From positions 32,001 to 96,000 of IMG/VR virus record IMGVR_UViG_3300009103_000003: a DNA stretch of 64,000 nucleotides. The stretch is one strand, 5' to 3'. Shown piece after piece: positions 1 through 10,000 of the stretch (the stretch's first letter is position 1; the number at the start of each line of letters is the position of its first letter). The DNA comes from a virus. A program made the position numbers and the translations under genes. The notes beneath the pieces were generated by a model, which worked only from the letters and a program-made list of their open reading frames with translations, was not told the origin of the DNA and did no database searches.

Positions 1-1
1 T

Positions 2-475
2 GTAATCCTAAGCGATACCCAAAAAGATTTCTCCAAGCCTTACGCTCTGCCCGGAGCAGATGTGACTGTTACCTACGATAGGTCCCAGTCCGTAGCCGAT
101 ATCCAATCGTATCTGCTGAATAAGGCCATGAGAGTTGTGTGCAACAACCCACTCTCTAAGCACTTCTTTCCTGCGTATCCGATGACCGGTCTTAGCTATG
201 GGGACAGCCGCCTGTCTCCAACTGAGGTGCGGACTTATTTAGAGGAATTTTTCAAGACTCTGTACCCCAATAAACCTTTGGAGCTATACGATATATCCGC
301 CCTCTTAGCTAAAAGAGGCGTCGGGTACGTACAGTTTCCTCAGTACGTAGCCTTCCTAGTTCACGATGAAAACCGGGTGGTTCGGATCGTCAGAAGCGAG
401 GATGTTATTTATCTGAATAAACGGTTCCATATTATGGAAGACACAACAGGCGTTGTGATTAACAAGGTGAGATAA
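2..475 (+). CDS. 5'-truncated baseplate protein, C-terminal part (baseplate J/wedge-like by context)
   Basis: The frame is open from the window start (VILSDTQKDF...) to TAA at 475, so the GTG at 62 is probably internal. It lies directly upstream of the giant baseplate/tail genes. Function rests on context only. Confidence 0.5.
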   Translation, partial: VILSDTQKDFSKPYALPGADVTVTYDRSQSVADIQSYLLNKAMRVVCNNPLSKHFFPAYPMTGLSYGDSRLSPTEVRTYLEEFFKTLYPNKPLELYDISALLAKRGVGYVQFPQYVAFLVHDENRVVRIVRSEDVIYLNKRFHIMEDTTGVVINKVR

Positions 476-477
476 GG

Positions 478-3400
478 ATGCCGGTACCTGCGTCACCAAA
501 ATTTGACATCCTTGATTGGAACATTCGGGCCGATAGCACGACGTACGCTGACGACCGCCTTTTGTCTGACTCGGTAGATCCCATTACGCAATATGCGTTT
601 ATTTCCGATCTAGCCAATATAGTAAATGAGGATGGGTTCACGACGCTCCGTTCGGACGCCGCAACCAACGTAGCTAATACGACAGTAAAAACAATTCTTC
701 AGGTGTCTGACGAGCTACCACAGCCTGTTCCACAGAATTTCACATTTGAATTTGACGTTTACCTTTCGGACGACATCCCAAAAACATTCGCGGATGTTAA
801 TCACCGTGTCTTTATTGGGGCGATAAACCAGCAGGGTTATACAGCAGGGTTTATTTTCTCTTACGACGGGATTGCTCTGGCGGCATACCCAGAAGATCCA
901 ACCCACACAATTCTTGGTGGGACAAAAGATCTTATATTTGATGATAACGGGGAGTTCGTTAGCGGTATCAATATACGAGCCGTTATTGATGGGGAGAACG
1001 GCAGGATAGGTATTTACACCTCTACCGCAGATGATGCGTACGCCTTAGATCCGGACATCACCGAAGCGGTTCTCACCTATAGCTTGGCCGCTAAAAAGTC
1101 TACGGGGCTATACAACGACTGTGTCTACTTACAAACAAGTGCACCGTCAGCCCTAAAACTACAGGAAACCAACCCCGGTGACGTGTTTACCGAGGGGGAG
1201 GCTTCTCAGGTTACGATTGGGTCTCTTCGGTTGGCTGGTTACAAGGCGATTCCCGAGGACCGCCCTATAGCAAGCGCCTCTACGGAGTACCAAACCATTG
1301 TTGGTCAGTCCATCCAGTTTGCGGGTAACAATAGTTATGACCCCTCTGGTAAGAATATTGACTACAACTGGGAACTAGATATTTACCCAGAAGGAAGTAA
1401 CGCCTCGATTCAGGGCGCAGCGTACTCCGTTGCCTCCATAGAAATCCCTGGCGTTCCTGACCCAGAGGTCGTTGTTACGCTCACTTACAAGCGGCCCACA
1501 AAACGCGCAGACGGCTACAAAGTGATTTTGGTGGAAGGGCCACTAGAGTCTAATTTGACCATGTCCTGGGATAGCTCCAAAGGCGAGCTTCTTGTTTCGC
1601 TGGGAAGGAACGAGAACGGGGATGTGGTTACTTCTGCCGCCGACCTTGTAAATGCGTTCCGAAACAGTCTCGCCCCAGGGTATGACATAGAGATTGCTGG
1701 CGGCACAACCCAGATAAATTTCAGCCAACCAGTGGCTAGTGCCCAAGACGATATTTTTGAGACGAACGAGATAGTCTCCGAGCAGGTAACCTATCCAGGG
1801 ATATTCCGGGCGGACCTAACCGCAGTGTCATCAACAGGGACTGAGAAGCTGGTAGCGGGAGAGTTTACATTTACCGGTGGTAACGGCTCATCCCTAATGA
1901 ACCCCATCTTCATTCCTGATAAGCCTGGGACGTACGTTGTATCCCTAAAAGTGCATAACGGCACAAGAGCAAGCCTCCCCGTTACAGAGACTTTTAATGC
2001 GGCGATAACAAATCAGCTTCTGTCCCATAGGCCTAACTCGGATTACCTGTGGAAATACATAGGCGACTTTTGGAAATTGGTACCCGATAAACACCAAATA
2101 ACATCTATCTGGTCTGCCATGACACAGGCAGTCTCATCTGATTTAGTGACTGCTTGGCAAAACGATTACGCAAAAGCCATTCGAGATGTTTCGAGAAGGT
2201 ACCAAAGACGTTGGATACACTATGACGCGAAGGTGGACATCCCGAAAGGGTATACGGCCTCTATCATCCAACCCAACTCTCTGGGTAAAGCCACTGTCGA
2301 TATTCTGGACGTTATTCAAGGGTCCCGAACAGACACCGCTACCACTCAGGAAGAGCACGCGATTGCCCCAATCTCTGTTGGCAAGGCGCTTCTCCGAACA
2401 ACTCTCCATACCCCATCAGTAGTTGATGTTGTGGGCGTCACAGAGGCCGCTGGAGTTGCGTCACCCAAGTGGTCGATAACCACATCCGGAAAAGACTTTC
2501 CGTCGTTTGAGGTCCTTGCAGAGCGTCGAGGAGGGTACTTTGTAGCAGACCCTGACGAGTTTATTCAGCAGACCCCTGCAAGAAGCACTGTGTTTACGGA
2601 CCCAACCTACCCCATAACGAATAAGCTTGATGTCGCCAGGGATTCTATTCGTCTTTATGATGAACTTGGTGAGAACCCGAGACTTGTGCGTGTTTCGGAT
2701 ACGACCCCTGGGCAGGTGCAAAATACAGTACGCCTTCAGGAGGGGACCGGGTACGGTGAGATTGAGGACCAGATAGTCGATGGCTTTGCTAGAAAGTGGG
2801 ACCATCTGAGAGAGACTAAAAACGTCTACCTACAACAGTCACCATATATATTACTTGGTGATGAGATACTGCTAGATGAGTACAACCTTGGTTTGGGGGA
2901 TTATCTAAACCTTGTTGTAATTGACCCTTATCTTTCTGAGGAAGTAGATGTTTCCTTGCCCATCCTAGCGGTCGGCGGGCAGTGTATTTTTGTTGAGTGG
3001 TATCCGTTACTGGCCGCACTATTCGCGCAGTCTGTTGTTGTGAATAAGGAGCAGGTGTGGACCGAGTCGGATTTGGTCAATCTCTCCATAGTGCCAAAAT
3101 CTTTTGTTATGAGTCGGCGCTTGAATACCGTGCCTGACTTAGTCAGCATTCCAAAGCTCGGGATCACGACGATAAACCCGTCTCTTGAAGAGAATATTGA
3201 CTACTCGATTCTACAAAGTCAGATCTTTATTACTGATTGGTTTGCGGGGACATTGGCAACCGTAGCAGGCTCTGAAAGAGTCTACCCAGAATCAGGAACA
3301 TTGACGCATACGCTGCTTAGTGCGGCGTTCCAAAATGCAGGCTCACTAGCATTTTTAGCAGAAGATAGCCTGGGGATTGATACCCTGTGCCTCGGCGCGG

Positions 3401-6400
3401 GGGACTCATCTGTTTACAAAATCGTGGAGTACCACACAGACGGGTCACTGTCCTTAGACCGACCAATGGAGCATTCCGCCACAGGCTTGTACTATTGGGC
3501 ACCCAGGTTTGGAGCGTACAACCCCGCCCCTAATATGTTTTGGGCGGAAGTGTCTTACTTCGATAACTGGAAGACCATTGAAAACAACTTCGGTCTCTAT
3601 GTTGGATTCCCCAAGGAGCTACTTGAGGAGTACGACGAAAACCTAGATTACCTCTCGGTAACCAAGTCGATTTGGTTTGCCTTTTTAAGCGGCCCACACT
3701 TCGACAACCTTCAGCTTGGGATTCAGTCGTTCTTTGACCTCCCGTACTCAGAGGTACGAGGGCAGATTACCTACATAGAGGAACCCACAGAGTTCGAAGA
3801 TGGTCGAATTTTTATTACTGACGAGAACGGTAGAGGCCACACATATTTTTATCCAAAACGGGCTAATATAGCCACCAACCCAAATACCGGTGAGCCCTAC
3901 GCGGCCCTCGAATATCCTCTTTACTGGGATTTAATCCAGGAGGACGGGGTTTATTACCAACTAATAGATGGGGATAAGTTTGAGGTCGATCCAGGTGTTT
4001 TAGCGACTATGGAGAGCGCTAAGGTAGCGGCTTACGCGAAGCTTGTGGACGTTGTTAAGGTTGAAGATTACATCTCAGACCCGGACCTAGTAGGCCGACA
4101 ATTTAGTGGGACCGTATCAACCTATATCGATGAATATGGCAACACCCACATCGTTGACCAAGAACCTTCTCGGGTGGAGAAATACCACAAGTTTATTGTT
4201 GACGTTCCTATGGATGTCACGCAGTCCACAGCGGTTTTCCCTCTAGTCAAGAAGTTCCTCAACGAAGCAAAGCCTGCTTACACAGACTTTATCTTAGTTG
4301 GGTCTTTACAGCTTTCTGATGAGATAAGTTGTATCGATAATCTTCTTTTGAAGCCCACGCTTACTCTGCACGACACTCCGCACACATCCCCATTTTGGGC
4401 CAAGGCGGATGGAACCAAGACTACTGACGAAGGGGTTCAGTATTTAGATGTGCCGAAGGGGTGGCCTCTCACTAATGAGAGAGAAGAACTGCTGTGGCCC
4501 AAGCAAAAAACAATCGATAAGATTGCCTCAATAGACTATTCGGGCTTACTTGCCCAAGCGGTCTTGGAGCACGCACCACAAAACTTTCACGTAAGAATCA
4601 CTCCTGGCGATTACTATATTGTTTTTGGTCAGGAGAACGAACTTGTGTGGAACACTTTTGAGTATGGCGTATGCGTAGTGCCGCCTCAAGGGAACGTCCC
4701 ACCATACCAAATGAACTGGGCAACCCTCACTGACTTAGGGGCTGCTTTACACGAGTTCCCCCCAACTAATAGGAGCATAGGGTTCTTTCTCCCAGGAGAC
4801 CCAAACTTTCATATTTATGACACCACAAGCCGCTTCCTCACCCCGGAGAATAACTTCTACGGCATAGATGGCGTGCGTATCTCTATCACTCGACGCGTCC
4901 CAATTGCTGGGACAAACATGAATCTACTAACGCTTAATAACCAGAATATTAAGTTTTATATGTTTGATGATACTGCCGCTAATATGCTGGCAGCGTTCCC
5001 ACCCATGATTACGTACTGGGATAATAGCGACGTTTTTGAGAAGTATGAAGCGGGGTACTGTGAAGGGGTTCTGGACGATTACTCTGGTGATGGTTCATGG
5101 AACTTCAATAGAGCCACCTTGGATATGGTCAATACGGTTAATTCGGATATTGATGTAGTCAGATCTAGGCTCATGGTTCCCGTTAAAAAGGATACTTCCG
5201 CAGCACAAGAGGATATTGAGTTCGAAGTGGGTGAGCCCATAGCCATCCACATCAACGGAAATCTTGCTACGCCATCTATATGGGACGAAGCTCCCCCAGT
5301 TCTGCTCCACATAGGCGCAGGGAACCATCCCAAAATCCCCGCGTTCGATCCCGGTGACGCAACCAAAGGGATTTTCTCTCCCCAATTCGACCACCCAAAC
5401 ACCTACCTACTTCTCGGCTTTGATCGGTCTGATACAGATGACAAACACCTGTGGGACGAGCACTCATCGAATAAAGATTACAATGCTTACGGCGATGAGA
5501 GCAGGCTCGATGTAATAACTGAGTTGTATGATGCAACGGTTGGGCCGGTCCCACCACCAGTGATAACTTTAGTAGGTACCAGAAGTGGTGCTATTGCTGA
5601 GATCGTCACTCCGCTAGGGGATGATGTTGTTAGGCGGGCGAACCCAAACCACACGGCTTTCCCTGGAATGGTCGTTCCGCCCCTTTACCCATACTTCCTA
5701 CTAGAAACGATATGGCAGCAGGACAAACTCATCGAGTACGGGCCTGCCTCAGATCCATGCTTGTTTTTGACCAAGTACCTTCCAGTGGATTCAGGCGTTG
5801 GGCCTTACCCAAATGGAACGGGAGGGATAACCCTTGAAGACTGGTGGAGAGCGGCCCCGACCTTTGATGGGGGCTACGCAGAGACCAGTGCCTTATTTGG
5901 CGGTATTATTAGTAATATTACGGCTGGCGGGGGAATGGGCGCTGATCCGGAAGTGTCCACCATCCATTCCCACCATTTAGCAATAGGCGACGTTGTTCCT
6001 ATTTGGAACACCGATCAAACAACGATTGCCCCTGGCACAGTTCAGCTAGATGGGGATTACGTAGTCTCCAACATTATTTCCGCAAGCTCTTTTGCGGTGA
6101 CCTCTGCATCACCAGTAGAGGCCGGTACTTTTGGGTATGTGGGCCACAGCCCTACTTTCCATGAGATGTCTGAAAGACATGAAAAAGAATTACAGCAACA
6201 CCCCTACCGACCTTTTGATCCTGTTGGGGAACAGTTTATTCCTAGTAATAGCCCTGGGGCGTACTCAGATTGGCAGACCGTATTAAACCCGAGCATCGAA
6301 AAGTTGGTTTACGGGTACAAGGATGAGGGCGCTTTAAACGCAGGAAACTCTATAAATATTCAGGACTGGGAGTATTCACCCGCCGTAACTACCTACTTAC

Positions 6401-7011
6401 AGAATATTCATTACGGAATGAAGGTTCGCCCGAGGAAGGAATACCACCTTACTCATGGATTCACTGAGTTCTTCATTCCGGCTCCAACGATTAAGATGAT
6501 TATGCCCTCGTCTGCTGCGTATGACATCAGAATTTGTGGGTTTTATTTCTGTAATGATGATCCCTCGCGGGTTAATATCCCGACAAAGGTCCCAGATGAG
6601 TATGGGGACCCTTTACAGCAAGAGGGTGTAATTGGAGGCTCCTGGGTGTTCTTTAGACATACAGAAACTGGTATTGAGATCCCTGTAAGTGAGTATCACT
6701 TTGAGCAGGGCGAGAACCCTGGGCAGATTATCTCTTTTCTCGGGAAAGACCGGGATGGCGAGAAGTTTTATATCAAAGGCGGTCCCGGCCAACCGAGTGA
6801 CGGGCACGTGCTTGAATTACACGTCCCAGAGGACCTTCCTGGGTTTGGTTATTATGATATTATTGTGCGTAATTACCGGCCATATCAGATGAAGGTTAAT
6901 GGTGACTGGCACTATCACATGGACGAGGACTCTGTCTTAAAGGCTTTCTACCACTCAGAAGAGGGCTGGGGGATTGCGTCTTGGGGTACAAGCCCATTTG
7001 GAGGAGTATAA
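478..7011 (+). CDS. Giant baseplate wedge/tail structural protein (2177 aa) with a PKD/Ig-like domain
   Basis: Long acidic ORF. PKD-like signatures SYDPSGKNIDYNWEL and FIPDKPGTYVVSLKVHNG. Wedge-like segments (WSAMTQAVSSDL..AWQ; FLSGPHFDNLQLG; FLNEAKPAYTDF). Ends in GWGIASWGTSPFGG. Confidence 0.6.
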   Translation: MPVPASPKFDILDWNIRADSTTYADDRLLSDSVDPITQYAFISDLANIVNEDGFTTLRSDAATNVANTTVKTILQVSDELPQPVPQNFTFEFDVYLSDDIPKTFADVNHRVFIGAINQQGYTAGFIFSYDGIALAAYPEDPTHTILGGTKDLIFDDNGEFVSGINIRAVIDGENGRIGIYTSTADDAYALDPDITEAVLTYSLAAKKSTGLYNDCVYLQTSAPSALKLQETNPGDVFTEGEASQVTIGSLRLAGYKAIPEDRPIASASTEYQTIVGQSIQFAGNNSYDPSGKNIDYNWELDIYPEGSNASIQGAAYSVASIEIPGVPDPEVVVTLTYKRPTKRADGYKVILVEGPLESNLTMSWDSSKGELLVSLGRNENGDVVTSAADLVNAFRNSLAPGYDIEIAGGTTQINFSQPVASAQDDIFETNEIVSEQVTYPGIFRADLTAVSSTGTEKLVAGEFTFTGGNGSSLMNPIFIPDKPGTYVVSLKVHNGTRASLPVTETFNAAITNQLLSHRPNSDYLWKYIGDFWKLVPDKHQITSIWSAMTQAVSSDLVTAWQNDYAKAIRDVSRRYQRRWIHYDAKVDIPKGYTASIIQPNSLGKATVDILDVIQGSRTDTATTQEEHAIAPISVGKALLRTTLHTPSVVDVVGVTEAAGVASPKWSITTSGKDFPSFEVLAERRGGYFVADPDEFIQQTPARSTVFTDPTYPITNKLDVARDSIRLYDELGENPRLVRVSDTTPGQVQNTVRLQEGTGYGEIEDQIVDGFARKWDHLRETKNVYLQQSPYILLGDEILLDEYNLGLGDYLNLVVIDPYLSEEVDVSLPILAVGGQCIFVEWYPLLAALFAQSVVVNKEQVWTESDLVNLSIVPKSFVMSRRLNTVPDLVSIPKLGITTINPSLEENIDYSILQSQIFITDWFAGTLATVAGSERVYPESGTLTHTLLSAAFQNAGSLAFLAEDSLGIDTLCLGAGDSSVYKIVEYHTDGSLSLDRPMEHSATGLYYWAPRFGAYNPAPNMFWAEVSYFDNWKTIENNFGLYVGFPKELLEEYDENLDYLSVTKSIWFAFLSGPHFDNLQLGIQSFFDLPYSEVRGQITYIEEPTEFEDGRIFITDENGRGHTYFYPKRANIATNPNTGEPYAALEYPLYWDLIQEDGVYYQLIDGDKFEVDPGVLATMESAKVAAYAKLVDVVKVEDYISDPDLVGRQFSGTVSTYIDEYGNTHIVDQEPSRVEKYHKFIVDVPMDVTQSTAVFPLVKKFLNEAKPAYTDFILVGSLQLSDEISCIDNLLLKPTLTLHDTPHTSPFWAKADGTKTTDEGVQYLDVPKGWPLTNEREELLWPKQKTIDKIASIDYSGLLAQAVLEHAPQNFHVRITPGDYYIVFGQENELVWNTFEYGVCVVPPQGNVPPYQMNWATLTDLGAALHEFPPTNRSIGFFLPGDPNFHIYDTTSRFLTPENNFYGIDGVRISITRRVPIAGTNMNLLTLNNQNIKFYMFDDTAANMLAAFPPMITYWDNSDVFEKYEAGYCEGVLDDYSGDGSWNFNRATLDMVNTVNSDIDVVRSRLMVPVKKDTSAAQEDIEFEVGEPIAIHINGNLATPSIWDEAPPVLLHIGAGNHPKIPAFDPGDATKGIFSPQFDHPNTYLLLGFDRSDTDDKHLWDEHSSNKDYNAYGDESRLDVITELYDATVGPVPPPVITLVGTRSGAIAEIVTPLGDDVVRRANPNHTAFPGMVVPPLYPYFLLETIWQQDKLIEYGPASDPCLFLTKYLPVDSGVGPYPNGTGGITLEDWWRAAPTFDGGYAETSALFGGIISNITAGGGMGADPEVSTIHSHHLAIGDVVPIWNTDQTTIAPGTVQLDGDYVVSNIISASSFAVTSASPVEAGTFGYVGHSPTFHEMSERHEKELQQHPYRPFDPVGEQFIPSNSPGAYSDWQTVLNPSIEKLVYGYKDEGALNAGNSINIQDWEYSPAVTTYLQNIHYGMKVRPRKEYHLTHGFTEFFIPAPTIKMIMPSSAAYDIRICGFYFCNDDPSRVNIPTKVPDEYGDPLQQEGVIGGSWVFFRHTETGIEIPVSEYHFEQGENPGQIISFLGKDRDGEKFYIKGGPGQPSDGHVLELHVPEDLPGFGYYDIIVRNYRPYQMKVNGDWHYHMDEDSVLKAFYHSEEGWGIASWGTSPFGGV

Positions 7012-7014
7012 GCG

Positions 7015-10000
7015 ATGGCTACTCTAGTTATTTTACATTCAGGAACTGGTGGCCAATCAAACAGCGGCACTCCCAACTCTGTTCTATACAACGAACGCGC
7101 AACCATTGGCTCCCTGGGGGAGCGTTGCAAGGTTTGGCTCGACCGAGATAATGATCCAGCTAATCCTACGGAAGCGTTTGGCATTGCCTTGGGTGAGTTT
7201 GATTTAGACTCATCTTCTTGGGATTTGTTTGGTCCGGACGGAGACCCCGTACAGCTTGTGCCAGGATCGGGGAACCCGACTTCCAGTGGTACATTCGCAT
7301 CACCCCAGGAATTCGAGCCAACCACGCCCGGTCGCTGGCTTGTGCGCGTCAGCGCCCAGCCTTGGATTCAAGATCCAAACCCTCCTGGAAATCTTATTCT
7401 GGGAGATGCACAAGAGTTTACAGTTCTTTTTGAGATCCAAGACCCCAATGTAATTGGTAACCCAAATGCAGAGCATCCCGGACCAAATGCCGGTGACTGG
7501 TCCGCAGGCACATCTGTAATCGCCGCAAATGAGACTATTGAGTACGACGTAGACGAGGGCTGGTCCCGAAGCGTTGAGCGCTACCTAAACACCGTCTCCA
7601 AGGGTCTTGGCGGTAGACGTATAGCGACTGGGGTCAACCAATCCACAGTCGGGGGGAACCCCATCGCTGTACCAACAGACATTGGTAGAGCAGTAACCTT
7701 CACTGCTGAGGCGCAGGAAAGGTGGCTTAAGACTGACGCGAGCTTGGAGGATTTCCAGAACTACGTTATTCAGTTTGAATACATTGATGCCACTATGTCA
7801 GAAGCGGTGATTCAAGAGTCGCCCATCTTTCTGACCCTGCATGACCAAGTAGGCTTTGGTGAGCGCAGCTATCTTTTGGTTGATGGGCTGATCCCCTTTG
7901 ACACTGACACCATAAATGGTGGTGCTGCTGCCGCTGTAGGCGACCGTGTTTATCTTAGTGACACAGGGGAGCTAACAACAGATCTCGCCCAAATCGCTGC
8001 CTACCCAGCAAACCCGGCAAAAGTCCGCGTGGTTGGCGAGGTTGTGACCGTTGGCTCTGATACCCCAGTCATCTCGGACCACCCTGGGTCGATCTGGTTT
8101 CATGGGTCAACCCCTATGCTCCCCGGATTAGTTACTGGCCCATTAGCCAGCCAACACGACCATATTGTCCGATGGGATGGGACTACGGGCCAAAAACTCA
8201 AAGACAGCGATGTTCAACTGGACCAGACCGGAACACTCGCGACCTTCCAGCCAACAACGAACGCAATAACCCAGTTTCATTTATTTCCGGGCACTATCCT
8301 AGGAACCCCCGCTGGTGTTTTCATTGATGGTGCTGCCGATGATGGTGCTGGCGTACCGATGACCAAGGTCGGTATAAATACAGACTTACCGGAATCTTAT
8401 CTACACATTGCTGGCACGGGTAATAACGACCAACCATTTTTCATGCTATCTGAAGGGGTTACCGACAGATGGCTTCTTGAGGGTGATTTTGGTGCCGGGT
8501 CCTCTCATTCTGTGGTCTGCAAGTCCGCCTCTTTGACCAATATTATGACTTGGCAAACCACCGCCAAGGGGCGTGTGGGAGTAGGTACAACCGTTCCCCT
8601 GACAAAGTTTCACGTGCAACATCAGGGCACGGGTCCAGACGGTGAGCCCGCTGCAATCATGATTGAGGCGACCACCCCAACACCCGGCTCTGGCGCTATT
8701 GGCACCAAGCTAATCATGAAGGCGAACACAGACGCTGGGACTACGCCGAATAGCTGCTCGATTATTTTTGCAGATGATACGCTCGCTGCGGGCGCGGGCC
8801 AGATTAAATACGATAATAAGTATTCTGGAGGCACCCCACATCTTGATGACCTCATGACCTTTACGGTCTACAGGGGCGGGGTTGGGCCTTTTGACGCCTT
8901 CCATGTGAATAGTTACGGGGCTTCCGTGTGGGCAAGCATTGTCTCCCCACCCGTGTTGGCTGACGCAGCGCACAGCTTCAAGGTTAACGGAAATAGCCTT
9001 TTTGATGGCGAGATCGTGGGCTCAGGGAGTGCACAGGTCGCTGTTGATGTTATTGCTGGTAATGATGTGGCCGCAGCAGGGGATGTTTTTGCTGGTGGTA
9101 CTGGCGTGTTTGGTGGTCAAGGTGCCTTTGGCGCTGGCGGTATCTCTGGTACCAAGGCTCTTACCGTAAATGGTGACCTTAAAGTTACCGGGGTCATCGA
9201 CCCAACAGCTTTGATCTTTACGGAAGAAGACCCGAACAACGTAGCTATTGCGGCTGGTGAGGCGGGTCTTATTGTATCAGATGGTAGCGCCTACGCGGGC
9301 GCTCCTACAGGAGCTAACAAGCTTTACTACAAAGACTCTGCTGGTGCCCTCACGCAACTAGGTGGCGGTGGAGGCGGTGGAGGTATCGCAGGTCCCGCAG
9401 CATCCACTAACCATGCGATAACCCGATGGGACGGTGTCAATGGTAATGCGCTACACGATAGTGGTGTAACTCTTGAAAGCGCCCCGAACCCAGGCGGTGA
9501 ACTTGATTGGATCATTAAATCCGGTGACGATGGCTACAATGGGCCGTGGCCCCAAAACCTCACAATCCGGGCCCACCACAATGTTTTTAATGGTGTCTTA
9601 GCGAGCGCGTCTGACCTCCAACTCTTTGGGGGAGATAATCTCGGGAACACTTCCGAACAGGCAGGCAACGTAGAGATCAAATCAGGGTCAGGCATAACTG
9701 GCGGAAAAACGTATGTGTATGGCGGCACCGGTACTCCCTGGGGAGCGGGTCTCGGAACCCTAGGAGGCAGTGTTAAAATAGAAGCTGGCCTGGGGGACAA
9801 CGGTGGAGAAGTAGAGATATATGGTGGCCATGGGGTCGATCCAGCCGGGTCGGGCGGTAATATCAATATACACGCCGGGAAAGCGGATTTTGCTCCAGGG
9901 GAGTTGTACCTACATGCTGGCGATGTAAACACTGCTGGGAGCAACGCCAATGGCGGTAATGTTGAGATCTCTGGTGGTGTAGCAGATGACGCTGCCGGGA

